In this document: one piece after another, positions 23,699 to 38,202 of the stretch | How positions within the stretch are numbered: the first letter of the stretch is position 1 | How the letters are laid out: every line of letters begins with the position of its first letter | NCBI GenBank assembly: GCA_026026165.1 | Contig: JAPEUD010000020.1 | Location: forward strand, 186,001 to 250,000 | Reading direction: 5' to 3' | Source: Sarea resinae | Taxonomy: Eukaryota | Length of the DNA stretch: 64,000 nucleotides | The notes under the pieces: model-generated | What the model saw: only the letters and a program-made list of their open reading frames with translations | What the model was told of the DNA's origin: nothing | Databases searched by the model: none | Position numbers and translations under genes: made by a program

Positions 23699-26600
23699 CT
23701 AACGTCGCGGATAGCTTCCACTCATCCTTGCCCCACCTGCTGCCAAACTTTGACGGACAATCATCTCTGCTGCAGCCGCTGCTGCCAATCTCTCCTTCTG
23801 CCTGCTTCTATCCTTGAGATATTTCTCGGCCTCGGGTCTCATCCTCAGGATTCTTAAAATCATGTCGTCATTTGGATCGGCCTGTGCCTCCTTTCTCTTC
23901 TCTTCCTTTGCTTTCTTCATCGTTCCCAGGTTTCGAGACAGCATAATGCTCTTCGCTCTACGCGTCGATGGTAATCCCATAAGACCGCCCGTGCCGCCAA
24001 AAGGAAGACCTGAAAGGGACGCCGGGGCAGAGACACGATTACGTTGCGTCTGTTGGCGAACAGCTGTGGCGGAAGCCATGCGTTCAGAGATGCGAACGAG
24101 GTTTTCGGTTGGTTCAAAGTAGAAAAAGTTTAGTGTCTGGATATCATGATACTTTGGTGATTTAAGGACATCGGTTGGAACACCATTTGCCACGCCGGTC
24201 TCTTCATCGACGGCGTGGAAGAAGTCGAACAGGAGCTGTGTAAAAGATGAGTACAGGCTATCATGCACAAGAGAAGATTAGCGTACCTGAAGCCATTTGA
24301 AAACTACATCGAGTTCCTGTTGGGTCAGCTGCCGCTGTTGAGATAACTTGTCAGAGAGCGGTGGCACAAGCAGCGCTTCAATTGTGACGAGGACTTCTTT
24401 CCACAATCGCGTCATGACCATGACCATGGCTGCTTCGGTCAAGGTCTGTTTCATGATCGCAAAATTGTCATCGAAATATGCAAAAAGGGGTTTTAAGGCA
24501 TTTGTGATTTCGACTTGATTGGGCGCGGTGTGAGTAGACTGTGACCGGTTTCGGTTGAAATAGCTGGAGAACGTCGATATCGTAATGCCATTCGATAGCA
24601 GGCTGCGTAATGCTCGGCGGGACAGACAGTGATGTATATAAGCAGACAACTAGGCGTCTGTCAGCACTTTCAGCCTTCATGAAGTGTGTGCAAAGGCGTA
24701 CCTTATCGGTAATCTTTCTGGTCATATCTCGTTCGGTCCTCTTCAGCGTGCGAAACGCTTTTCCAAAGTAGAATTGTATATCATCACGCTCTCCTTCCAT
24801 GCTTACCCTGAGCAAAAGCCGTCCTTGTGTATCAAGGTCTAGCCAATACTCTCGAGGTAAGTAATCACTGAAGTGAGAAGGATCAAGCTTGATCGATGTG
24901 CGGCCCACGCAATCATGATCGCCTAACGCATCCCAGTCCCACACCGTTGCAATGATATTCAAAGGTCCTTGGGTGGTGATGTCGACTGATTCGTCCCATC
25001 GAGGATTCAGGTTCTCATAGATGATACGCGTCTTCGCAAGGCGTTTTTGATACTCATCACCGAGGACCACATACGGATCACTAAGACCATTCATGTCGCA
25101 TGCCTTCAGGTCCTCAGCTTCCACAATCTTGATGGTAAAGACGTAGTTGCTTATTTTCCGTTGGCGCTGCTGACTTGGCGGCGTGTACTTTTGAATGACA
25201 TCCGCGCAAGCATCTACATTGACTTCCTTTTCTAACTTATCCAATTGATAGATCGCGTATTCGATATTGTTGAGTTTGACGAAGGACTGAGTAATTCTGT
25301 CAGCTTCACAAAGCAATAGAAAGGATTGAGGCCTACCTCGGGGAAGAACTGAAATGGCTCGATCTTCTCTTTGTTACTCCAAGCATCCTTGGCTAACTGC
25401 ATCCATTTCTCCTGTCGTGATTGGTTCATTGCTGCCTCTTGCTCTGGGGTCATGCGGTCCATTTCCTTGCTAAACATCTGTTCCACGACGTCACAGTACC
25501 GTGCTAATCCGTTTCCCACAGATCTTGACAGGGCGGTCATGAATTTAGCATACTGGAAGTCGTCGTCCCAATTCAATGATGCTACCTGCTCGATTGCCTG
25601 ATTAAGGGAGCCGAAAACATCGATTATTGACACGCTATGCCGCTCGTCGTCTGATGGAATATGGTCAGGACTTCTAGTTCGCACTTCGAAATTGTCCTGT
25701 TTGATGGCCTGATCAACCCAGCCTGCTATTTTCTCGTCCGTGGTCCGGATCCATCTCCATACAAAGTCCGCTAAGAGATCCTCTATATGGAACGCGAATG
25801 GAACGCTAGAAAAAGGACTGAGTGGCCGATACAACAAATTGTAATGGACAGGCGGGATTACTCACTCAGGAACAGCCTCGGCATGAATACGTCTTATTTC
25901 GACCAGTTCTTTGTAGAGTTCGAAGCCATCCTCAATACCAATGTCTTGGCCATGCTTTTGCGCAATCTGAATAATGGCAACAATCATATCGCGAGCGTCC
26001 GCGGCGAATGATGGCAGCACCGTCTCCACTAAAGCCCTAAGAGGATCGGCTCTAAGAGCCCGTCAGCACTCACAGTAACAGAAGGGTTAAGAAAGCATTC
26101 ACACACCCAAGGATTTCGGGATTCTTGCGATATCTCTTTTGGATCTTTTCAGCCAGCTTGACCACTTCTTTGCCAAGTTCAATGATATGGAAGAATTCCC
26201 AACTTTCCTCTTCTGGTGGAATTATCTTGGCAAGAAAGTCTCCGTAAGTTTCAGCGGCTTTCTGGCGTAATCCGTCCTGAAGCTGGTTGGCGAAGCGCTC
26301 CAAGTCCTCATCGGACTTCTGAAATAAAGCATCCACATAGATGTGGTTATTGAGAATATACATCACCGAGCCGACAGAAGGCGGCTTGGGTTCATAGCAA
26401 TGCTGGAGTATATCATAAGCCTCTCGTAGTAAGCTATCGTGTAGAGAAGAGAGAATGTTTTTGTACAACGCGAAGTCCGCAATTGTCCACTTTGAGTAAT
26501 CAAATAGCGCCGTGATTACGGCTTGGGACGGCACGCTTGACTTCTTCGTATCAACTGGTGGTTCCTTCACGAAGTTAAAAGCGGCATCCAAAGTGTCGAG

Positions 26601-28079
26601 ATCAACGACTTGATCCTCAAACTTCTCTCGCATCACGTCCAAAAAGAGAACGAGCCGAGAAACTTGGGGCATCCGCCATCGAATGCCAATCTCGTTGAGC
26701 AGTTCGCTAGATGGCTTTGATAGGAGCTTCATTGGAGGCATGTCGGCCGTGGCTTCGGATGGCTGAAGTTGCTGGTCGAGAATATCATGTGTAAGGGCCT
26801 GTTTCAGGATGTATCTGTAGAAAAGTCTCGGCTCGGCTGGAATGAACGTGAACGGGTTGTCCTCGTTGCCAGGCTGATCGGAATCGGTATCTTCGAGGTT
26901 CAGGTTTCCCATATCAACAGGTTGATCAATGACATAGGAAGAGACATCTTCAGACTGTTCGGACAATTTGCGCGACATTTCGGAGTACAAGGCGTCGGAT
27001 GCATTAGATCCATTCGAAGGGCTGAATTGCGGTAAGCTACCCCCCGGTGTGCTCTTTGCCAGCTCTGGATTAGATTGCATTATAGCCAACATCATTTGTG
27101 AGAGATCGGGGCCCTCTGCTTTTCGCCAAGCTTCGTATCCTTCTTCCAAGTCGAAATCGTCGCTACGCAAGGTCTTCTTGGAGTTCAGGTTAAGGTAATT
27201 TTGATAGGTCTTGAGATCTTGAAGCGCTGCTTTCTCCGTCCACACATCCTTGTTCTTCTCGATATCAGATTGCACTTGCGCATTCGTTACGGCAAATATC
27301 CGCGCTACAACCTGCACAAGAGGCATATCCTTAACTTCATAGCTTCGAGGAACTTCCACCTCGACTGTTGTGCTAGTGCTACCGTTCCCAGCGGCAAGAT
27401 CTTGGTCATGCTTCAAGAGCTTGCTTTCCAGTGTTGCGAGACGAGTCATCAGCTCCGGTCTGTCCCTCGTCCAGTCATGGTCCTTGAGCGTCGAAGTGAT
27501 GAGTCGGACAAAGAGGGCAACGTGCCGGTCGACCATGAACTTCCACGAATCGTCTCCTGGGGCTTTGGTTTTCTGTAGCTCTTTTGTAGCACTCGAAAAG
27601 AATATGAGTACCAGATCCTCCACGCGCCGATCTTTCTCCATCCTTTTACGAAAGCCCTGTTCCGTAAATGCAATGAAAAAAACGGCGAAAGACCGCTTCA
27701 CGGCCGCATCGTGGTATTCTGGCTTCCTCTCCCTTCCCACCACCACCCCCTCGAGACGCTTCTGCAGTTCTGACATGAATCCATGCGGAAATCTTGTGCT
27801 CTTTGAATCTCTGACGAGGCTAAAATCCTTCATAAGGTCATTGATAGAGGTCGAGGAGCGTTGTACAAGGTGCGGTTGGGCAGCAGCTTGCTGAGTCCGC
27901 CGCGAACGAGGCTGTAGAAGGTAGGAAAGATATGCTACTCGGAGGGCATAGGTGTAAGCATCCGGAGAGCTGACCGTTTTCCGCCTCGTGCGTGACCCAT
28001 CTCGGCCGGGGCGCGCATCGCTTTGCAGACTGCTCATGCGAGGATTGAAACCTCGAGATCCTGTTGATGAGGTCGACAT
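23699..28079 (-). CDS. Munc13-homology (MHD1-C2-MHD2) C2-domain protein, multi-exon
   Basis: C2 domain with Asp ligands (FTIKIVEAEDLKACDMNGLSDPYVV...VWDWDALGDHD), MHD1-like RHSVSIIDVF, MHD2-like LKPLFAYFDDNFAIM...WKEVL. Several GT-AG introns join the listed ORFs. Confidence 0.85.
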
Positions 28080-31000
28080 CACAACCTCACTTTCCGATCT
28101 GGGTGCCTATGAAGCCTGCTCGCAGCGCCAAAGAGACGCACATGTGCTTGACATGGGTGATCGCGCCGGTTGATGAGGGACGATCAGGAGAACAAGCGAT
28201 CTGGGAACAGGGGTTGAGTGCGAGCCTTGGCCGGCTTGATCCAGATTTCGAGAAGGGTCGACGAAAATGGAGACCTGCCTCAAGGAGACAATGAAGAGCA
28301 GTTGACGGTGAAGGTGCGATTGTTGCTGTCTGTTAGAGAATGGTGGAGTTGAGGTTGCTTGCGACGACAATGTTTCACCTGTAAACGATGACATACGGGG
28401 CAGTATAGCTTAAGCCACAGCAGTTTCACAAGACAAGGGTCCGACAACAATGTCAACGTCGCATCACATGTTCACTTCAACTTCACGACTTGACAGATTC
28501 CTCCAAGATTTGGCGATTCTCTTCCTTGAATCTGTTTCCTAGTATACGAAGTCGAGGATTCCAGACCAACGACTGCTTGTTGCAACAGCAGCGCCGCAGC
28601 AATAGAAGGAACGCGCAACCACAGAATCAGGTTAGTCGAGAATGTCAATAATAGACCTTGGGCACAGCCTACAATTGACCGTGACGCGGCGGCTCCCCTT
28701 CTTATACGACACGCCCAGTTCAGATGAGACACAGCTGGAGCTTGATAGCGAACGGCCAAACAGTATGGGCATCATAACGTAGTCCAGAATCGTCTATCAA
28801 GCACTACAACACATATCGCTTGTACTACGTATTTGACCACCGCGCACAAGGATTTGAATCAGATAGCATATATCACCTTGACGGTCAATACATATCTTTT
28901 ATCAAGGAGTGAATTGCGAGAGAAGGAGGCCATCACGACTGCTTTACTCAGAGCTAGGCTAGCTCACGCAGCGACCAGGCCAAACGGCATCCATGGATTC
29001 GACTGCCTGGGAAAGGTAGATGCGGGTCGCCATTCTGTAATTGAACTCCAGGTCCTGAAAACCTACTCTAACAATCTGAGTACAAAGAACGAGACATTGC
29101 TTACTTGGACAAATTTGTCCACCATCATGGTGATTCTCCTTTTCCAGGAAATAACTTTTAAACGACGTTTGTTGCTTGAGAAATGGTCTGTCTTCGGCGA
29201 TGCGTTTGTTCACCAACAGATATACAATGCTGCGAGGCGAGGAATGCCAGAGACGAGAGCCTCAAGGAGCTATTCAATTCGATCCAAGAAAGTCGAAGGT
29301 CTCCTCTTATGTACTGGTCCGGAGAGGTCAGACAAGGCGCTGTTCGTTTTTGGACCCTGATACATGTTTCCGGACACCGCTATCACGAACACCCCTCAAG
29401 AACCTAGAGTACTGAAGTGCCTACCTTACCGCTATTTTCACCAATTCCTCTGAAGTACTACTAAGAAGCCGAACTTGGCATGGAAGGTTTCATTCGGCAA
29501 CCCGGTACTCATTGGAGCTGACATGCCATACTATGTGCTTCATACGTGCATCACTTGAAGTTATAATTAGCATGCCAATACCAATCCTCAGGCCAGAAAG
29601 GCCATCTGGTCAAGAGCCCCTAAAGAAAATGAGATGAAGATGGCAATCCCACCGCCCCTCCAGGGCTCGCCCTTTGCAAGACTCGGAATTCCCCGTAGCA
29701 GTAAAGGCAGGTGGAGCTCTACTCCAGAGTACACGACGACTCTACGGAGTACTTCAGTACTCCACGACTAATTCATATGTAAGGGGCAGATTTCGGCCCG
29801 ACGAAGCGTCGGCATGCATTAACGGTGTCAGCATTGTGTGGTCGAGATGAATAAGGCATTCGCATATCAACGGGTCCGCGCTGGCTGCCGTAAACTCGCG
29901 ATCTTCATGGGAGCGCGCCAACTGAAACCGCATACTGCGTAGGAAGATGGAGTTCGCTCCTTATGTACTCCACTGAGTAGTGGGTGCAAAGCGAGATGAG
30001 CACGCGCTCCATACTGAGTATTCCCTGCTGTCCTATGCTCCCCTCCCTATTGAATAGCAAGATGACACTGTTTTGCCGTGTACTACCCCGTGAGTACGGT
30101 ACGGCAAATAGAATCCTTGAGAGACACGCTGATCTAACTTGGAACCCTTTCCCCCTCGCGCATCAGAAGTCAAGATGAAAAGCTATGGAAGACGTCGATT
30201 CGCCCCAACCGGACAGGCGGTAGTTGATTCCGGAGACACTAGTGAGGAGGACGGGATAAATGAAGGAAGTGGGTCAGGATGGCTGGCCTGAAGCGGATAA
30301 AGGGACGTCGATACTCGCTTGAGCCTTCATATCATATCAAAAGTTGGTTGCTCATTGGCGCGGGATGCCCCGTCGGGTGCATATGGATTGGCCGCCCATA
30401 CGATTGATTATGTAGGTATGATGAAAGGAGCCCGGACAGCGATCTCTAGCGGAGCTGGGGCATCCCCTGAACATGCCAAACGCTGCCCTGGCGCTGCTAA
30501 CACGTTTTTCGTGCGTCTCGGCGTCGATCAGGTGAAGGAGATTCATGATTCAATGACAATCCGAACAAGCTGCCAACAGCATCGATTCATCGAGCAATTT
30601 CTGCTTCACGTCCGAGAAAACATGCGCGTGTGATCATGCGCGTGCTGCTCCAACGACCGGCAGTCCACTTTGAGGCCATCTGTAGAGCACATCACATACC
30701 TACCTATCGGAGTAGCGTCGAAGGGATTTTCTTTCTTTTTTGCCGAACGGATAACGCTTACCTACTATTCTCGTGCACGCGACGTTCTCTGCAAAGCCCT
30801 TACAAATAAGGAATAACGGGTCCGGCAAGTACTACGTCGTAGAGGTGTGATGGAAATGGTGTCGAATTACGGAGTATCCGTGGTAGCTTATGCGCCGTTC
30901 GAGTAGGGAGAATGCCTAGCAAGATCGAGCTGTACTAGGTAGGTAAGGTATGTACGTCGAGTACAGAGTACTATGGGTACTTCCGGGGTACTGGCCAAGA

Positions 31001-32563
31001 CCGACGGGCGGGTGCAGACGTGGAAGGCGACAAGGAACATGAAGGAACATGAAGCAATTTGCAGCGTGACGACTTACGGAGTACTCTGGTACTAATAGTA
31101 GTACTTCGTCGTCCTCTACTCCGTAGAGGAGGTACGCTGTAGGTTGCCAGAGGGGGGTGGAAGGACGCAAGGGTGGCCGGGTCGAGGGGGTGGGGTGATT
31201 GCCGGGGTGCTTTGCCCTGCGTCATTGGCAGCATGGGGTGCTCGTCTGCGGTACGCTGGGCGAGGTAGATGCCGCCTCCTTCGGTATCCGAGACGGAGCA
31301 GCTGACGCCACCGGGGGTGCAGACGGGGCGTATCGTCTACCTCATCGTGGTGCATCAGTACCTCGGGCCAAGTCCATCCGCATGCCCATCTTGCAATCCC
31401 GGATAACGACGCAATGGCCTGCCCTTCTAGGCAGATCCGCGGTCGATGGGAGGGCTTGGCTGTCGTCGTTGTAACGGTGTGACTTGAGCGGTTTGGGTGC
31501 GAGCAGTGCGAGCAGTCCCTAGTGCGAGCAGTGCATGGCCACCGCCCTGGTCGCCATGCAGATCCTCTCTCCCCAAGCCCACGTTGGCCACCGCTGGCCA
31601 CCGCCATCCAATTCCTATCCTATCCAGTCCTATCCAGTCCTATCCAGCCACCGTCCATTGCTCCTGAACGTACGAATACTGGAGTAGGTCCTCTCTAGAG
31701 TACGGAGTAGGGACGTCGAAACGTAGGTACCTACTCAACGCACCCCGTAGATCCAACCACTACTGAAGGATTCTTGCTCTCCCGACCTTCCGTGGTGCAG
31801 TAGCCCTTTTCCCTTCTTTCCCTTCACGCACCTTCAGCCCCACGACGGATCTGCCCCGACCTGTCACAGCCTGTCGGTGCTTTAGCCCTCTGTTCCATCG
31901 TAGTCAGTCGTCGCCCATGGCCAATACGAAGCAAAGCCGTTTGCCGGTCCCCTAACTCTAGTAGTCCATCTTGGTCCACTCTGAACACTAGGCATTACTC
32001 AGTACATCACTTGCTCTTTCCATCCTCATCCTCATCATCATCATCATCCTCATCATCATTCCCATCCACTCCACTCCACTCCAAGTTTGGCTCGCTTCAG
32101 AGGCAGGCCCGCCCAAGTATTCCGGAGTAAGACTTCCCTCGCCATTCACTCCTTCTCTGACTCCGCAACCCCCAACCCCTCTGGCCCATCACCGTCAATC
32201 ATCAAAGAAAGGAAAAAAGGGTCCGGCTCGTTTTATTTCGCGCTTGCCATCACGAGGGAGCTGGATCGCGCCATCGCGATTAGTTGGTGATTCTATCCAA
32301 TCTCGGCACCGAATCTCTATCGTGCACACCGTCAGAACACTTTCGCTTCGGCGACCAGGGCCTGTTAGCGGTTCAGGGTCCACTCCACCGCTGCCGCTTC
32401 CGGCTTCTGCGTGATATAGGGAGCCGTTCCCCAACTGCATCAGACTGCAGTAACTTTTTCAAAAAAGTGCCACCATCTCACAACATTCAGACCGTCGGGC
32501 TTTCCAGACGGTTGTCCACACGACCTTGACGATACACAAGAACGAACTTCCACGGCTGCGTCC

Positions 32564-33143
32564 ATGGCTGAACCAGTAGCTTCGACCGCCTCTCCGGTAC
32601 CTCGCGCCGACAATTCCACCCCATCTTCCTCTACCTCCTCGGCCACCGACCCGGAACCGAAGTCGAAACCGACAAGACCCAAGCTCGGAAGTCGCAAGAG
32701 CTCCGGAACGATAATCGTTCCGCGGGATTCGCCCCATGTCGAGCTCACCGAAGAAGAGTTCGACGAAGATGACGCTCGTACGATGAGTCCGAGGAGGAAC
32801 AGTGAAGATGTCGAGAAGATGGGCAAGGAAGCACGATTAGCTCTTGAGGAGTATGTTTCCTTCCGATGGTCATCACCGGTCAGCCATATTGACAGGACTC
32901 ATTAGATCGGCAAAGTCATTACAGGCCGGCCTCCTGGCGTTAGTCGAGCAACTTGAGATTGTCAAAAGTTCGCACGACAAGTTGGAGCAGGGCAATGAGT
33001 TCCTTCAATCGTAAGCGTCACGTCTTGGTTAGTCCGAAGGTCGTTTTGCTCACGATTCTCGCAGATATATTGGTGAGCTCATGTCAGCGAGCAAGATTAC
33101 TGCCGCAGGCGGTCCCAGGGGTAAAGGCGGACGCTCGAAATAG
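32564..33143 (+). CDS. Short coiled-coil protein (SCOC/Slo1/DUF2205-like); exons 32564-32850, 32906-33010, 33065-33143
   Basis: Spliced translation ...DARTMSPRRNSEDVEKMGKEARLALEE|SAKSLQAGLLALVEQLEIVKSSHDKLEQGNEFLQS|YIGELMSASK...K*, with canonical introns in phase. Confidence 0.78.
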
Positions 33144-33899
33144 AGGCGACAGAATTTACGATCAACGAGCCAACCAACATCAAGCATTGGCACTTTCCTT
33201 CAAGGAGCGACAACCTACCTTTTCAGCACGCACACAGATACGACTTGCAGCGCAGCGTAAATATTGTCAAATTCGCCCTCGGCCTCATCGTCGGGGCAAC
33301 TTCATACTATTACCACTATTACTACCCTGGCGTACCTCTTGGGCATGGGTACTCGGTCCAATGTCTTTTGCTTCTTGCCAGGTTCTTCAGCACGCATCAT
33401 CATTCTCCACGGCGCCGTGTCATCATCGGCGTTCCAGCCATCTAGGGTCCTTTTTTTCATACGACTGGTTCGCGGGCCTCCTTCATAGGTCATTTTACCC
33501 ACGGGTCTTATTCTATAGGGCGTTGTTTAACGGGCGCGGTGTGGATATCGGTTACGAGATCATCTTTCCGAGGGCGGGATAATGTCTGTCTTGAAAATAC
33601 TACGGGGTGTAAATGAAGGCAGGGTGGAGGGAGGTCAGGAGGGAGGCAAGGCGGGTTATGAGAAAGGTTGAACGGACAGCAGACGGACGGATCTATGAAT
33701 GGGTGAAATATTCGTCGTTTTGTTCAGTCGGGCCATAGGACTTGTACCTACTTCTCTATTTATCCTATAGGAATAGGAGGAATCGAATGCAAGCCTTCTA
33801 CAGCCGAAGAACCCCATGCTGGGCTCGTTGAACATGTGCCGGAGTGAAGAGATGTACTGATCGGGGTGTACCCGTCAGTCCGTCGAGATCGGTCCAGTC

Positions 33900-35030
33900 A
33901 AGTTGTCTGTTTGTCAGTCTGTCTGCCCAACGTACCTATCCCTATCTCTATACCGATACCTATCCGACCATCTATCTGCGCCTGTCCTCATCCTCTCCCT
34001 CCAATAACTCCTCAAACCCCCCACCCACTCCTGTACCTTACGATCCACGATCCACGAACTCGAAGGGGGAGGGGGGGGGGGGGGGGGTTAGGTTCACCGT
34101 CTGGTGTCGTCCTCGGCGAGTAAGTCGCAGACGCCTGAGATATTTGATCCCTTGATTATCTGATATGAAAGCGGAGAAGATGGCTAGTAGATTGGAGAGA
34201 AGAGGAGAGTGGAGAGTAGGGTAGAGTCGAGTGGAGGAATCCAGGTGCAAGACATTTTGTTCCCCTGGATTTTCCTCGCCGTCTTGGCGTCTTGGCGTCT
34301 TGTTGGCGCCCTACGGAGGAGGGAGGGGTGAGGAGTGAGGAGTGAGTGAGTGTGTTGGGTATGAGGTAGTGTGTTAGGTGTTATATTGGGTGGTATCATG
34401 TATGCTGTTGTTTCTTTGTCGTTGTTGTCGTCGTCGTCGTCGTCGTCGTCGTTAGTAGTCGTCGGCTCGCGGAAGTCAACGTAGGTAGGTAGGTAGGCTG
34501 GTTGAGTGGTTGGTTGGTTCAATGGTTGGTTGGTGGATTGGTTGGTGGGTTGGCTGGTGTTGGTTTGGTTTGGTTTGGTTTGGTTTGGTGTTGCGGTGAT
34601 ATGTTCGTTATATGTGGTTGCGGGGGAGGGGGTGCTGGTTCTAGCTCTCTCTCTCTCTCTCTCTGATTTAAACAATAACAGGTCCAGCCCAAGGCATTAC
34701 CCTCTAGAATCACTTTGATCTAATCGATATAAGTGCCTAGAACAGAAGCCATGACAGGAATTCAGATCACGAAATAAACCTCGAGACAGATTCCACCACC
34801 ACAGCATTTTTATATCATGTTCTTCCATCCTATCTTTTTCTTATTTTCATTTTTCCTTTTTCCTTTTTCTTGTGCTTAGTATGTCTCTGCTCTTATTGCT
34901 AGAAAGATGTATGTAGTATCTCCCTTTTTTTTCTTCTTTGTCGTCAATTTGTCTTTCGTTTTTGATGATTCTGTTATCGCTTTTGGTTGATTCTAGAGGT
35001 TTTGAGTGAGTGAGTGGTAATAGTAGGTAA
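33900..35030. repeat. Microsatellite island downstream of the SCOC-like gene
   Basis: Poly-G at about 34072-34087, (GAGT)n, (GTC)n, (GTAG)n, (GGTT)n, (TGGTT)n, (CT)n. Confidence 0.85.
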
Positions 35031-35684
35031 TAGGGGTTCTACAGCATTCAAGGATGATTTTCTGTGATATATCATCTCTATTCTTTTCTCCCTCTAGCCG
35101 TGTCCTAGCTATAAGATACTAGTACTCCTTTTTGATCCCACCTCTTCGTGGCCAGCAGAAAGGAAAAGAGAGTACACATCTAGTACAGAAGTCAAGAAGA
35201 GTTCGATACCAAGTAGCAAGAATCTCTTCCTTATATTCTAGATAAAGTAGTCTTAGCCGCCGTCTCTGATGAAAGCACCCGTAGCATCGGGCACTACCAT
35301 TGGCTTCAACAAACACATACTTACTTCAGCGGCACGTCGAGCCTTAGCCCTTGTAGGTTGAGATAGGCATCGCCTACCTCTGACATTCATCAGCAAGAGC
35401 CTTATAGGGCCACATATGGTTCGGGGAATGAATCAGGCGTCCACCGCCTAGACCAGACCAGGGAGGTAGGCTCGATATCCTCATCTGCCACGTCCGGCTC
35501 TGCACCTCTGGCTGCCACTGGAGGAGATACTCTACCGGCAGACGAACAGAAAGGAGATCGGGAGTCAGGCATGACATGAAAGGAGAGCTCGACCGCGCAG
35601 CAGAACACGCCTAGACGGTGATCGATCCGAAAGGAACGAAATTGATACATCAGTCAAGACGATATCAGCACAGGGATGCCTAAG

Positions 35685-35718
<34 letters not shown>

Positions 35719-37193
35719 CAGCCGCAGCAGACAGACAAACGACACGGCACACAAGACACCCAAACGAGCTTCCACAAATACGCCGCAAAAGACAGCCCTG
35801 TCTTCCTAACCATCACCATGATCATCGATGGCATATTTTTCCAAAGAGCACGGAAAATCCACCACCTGCGTGCCGCAGAGATCAACGTAACGAGAAAAGA
35901 ACACCAACGTGGTTAAGCAATGAACGAGGAGGCAGGGCAGGAATCAAAGACTGGATTGACGGGGCCCGGGGGAGGGGGAGGGGGGGAGAAGGTGGTCGAT
36001 CGATTATCTCATTCTTCATTCGCCAGCGCGCGAGAGAGCGAGTTCGTTGCCCTTTGCCCCCACCAGGCTTTCTCTGCCTTCAGGTTAGGTATGCTAGATG
36101 ATTCGGTAGGTTGTTTTTTCGTGTTATCATGATGATGCGGCAGCAGGTACCAGAGCGATGATACCCATACGCACACACGCACAAACACACAGACGTGCGA
36201 GCAGACGAGAGAACATAGGTCGATCACCACACACCTGGCTATCTCTCCTCGCGGCTCGACACAGCGCCTGACCACAAACAAAAGCCCGAACTCTTCTCCA
36301 ACTCTTATCCATTATCTTATCGTCGGCTTCCACCTACCATCCAGCAAGTCAGTCAGTCAGTCTACCCCAGACCCCTTTTTTTTCTATCTCAATTACATGT
36401 CATCCATGACCTGAAGCGACCCCTTGAGCAAAATCGGTGTCTACGTCAGCGAAGGCGATAGATATTCGGAGACATGCAAGATGTGTGAATAGACGGGGTA
36501 GACAGGGTGCATCCAACCATCGGCATCCAAGAGGACCATTGTCTATGGACTCCCCCAGGGTCTTTGAAGTGCGCTCGGTCCAGTACAGAACATGATCGGG
36601 CCAAGTCGACGGCAAGTAAGACATTCGCTCTCGATCTCGAGGGAACTGTCAGCAATCCATCGAGTAGACCTCATTCTGCCCAAATTCAAAGTGCTTATGC
36701 GTAGAGTAATGCCGTCCACTCACAGTATGATCACAGTAGGATAGTACATTTCCAGCAAGAAAGAACGAAACCTAGAAATACGGAGAGAGCGAATACAAAA
36801 CATCAATAACACTTCATCATGTCGCATCGCAGATTGGAGGCAAATGAAACAGCCGCACAGGTAGATAGGTAGAGAAACCATTATTTCTAATCTTAAAAAA
36901 AAGAGTAAAGGGAAAGAGAAGAAGGAAAAGGAGGTCCCAAGAGCGAAGCACACATCTTGCAAATTGACTGCCACAATGCAACCCGGCAACAAGTTACCCC
37001 CTTCTCGCCCCTGTTTTCCCAGCTTTATTCCCTTTGCCTTTAGTTCGTTTCCCCACGCGCGTCAAACTTCGGGTAACCAGATATTTCCCTGGAAGAAAGG
37101 CCTCGGACACCCTCCTAAACACCTCTCCCCTCACAGCTTCTTCTTCTACCACTAAGCCATCCATTTCCGCGTCAGGGCATAACTTCAGCAGAT

Positions 37194-38191
<998 letters not shown>

Positions 38192-38202
38192 TTTGAATGA
38201 AT

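Noticed and set aside
28833..29360. 175-aa ORF in the large intergenic region
   Set aside because: TTG start, no motif and no convincing splice structure; a degenerate gene remnant cannot be excluded without a search.
35266..35300. CTGATGA resembling a hammerhead ribozyme core
   Set aside because: No stem II followed by GAAA, and no stems I/III found.
35317..35392. ATACTTAC resembling the U1 snRNA 5' end, and a minus-strand TGATGA...CTGA pair resembling a C/D snoRNA
   Set aside because: No U1 stem-loops or Sm site, and it is better explained as an antisense splice donor. I could not match a guide sequence to rRNA.
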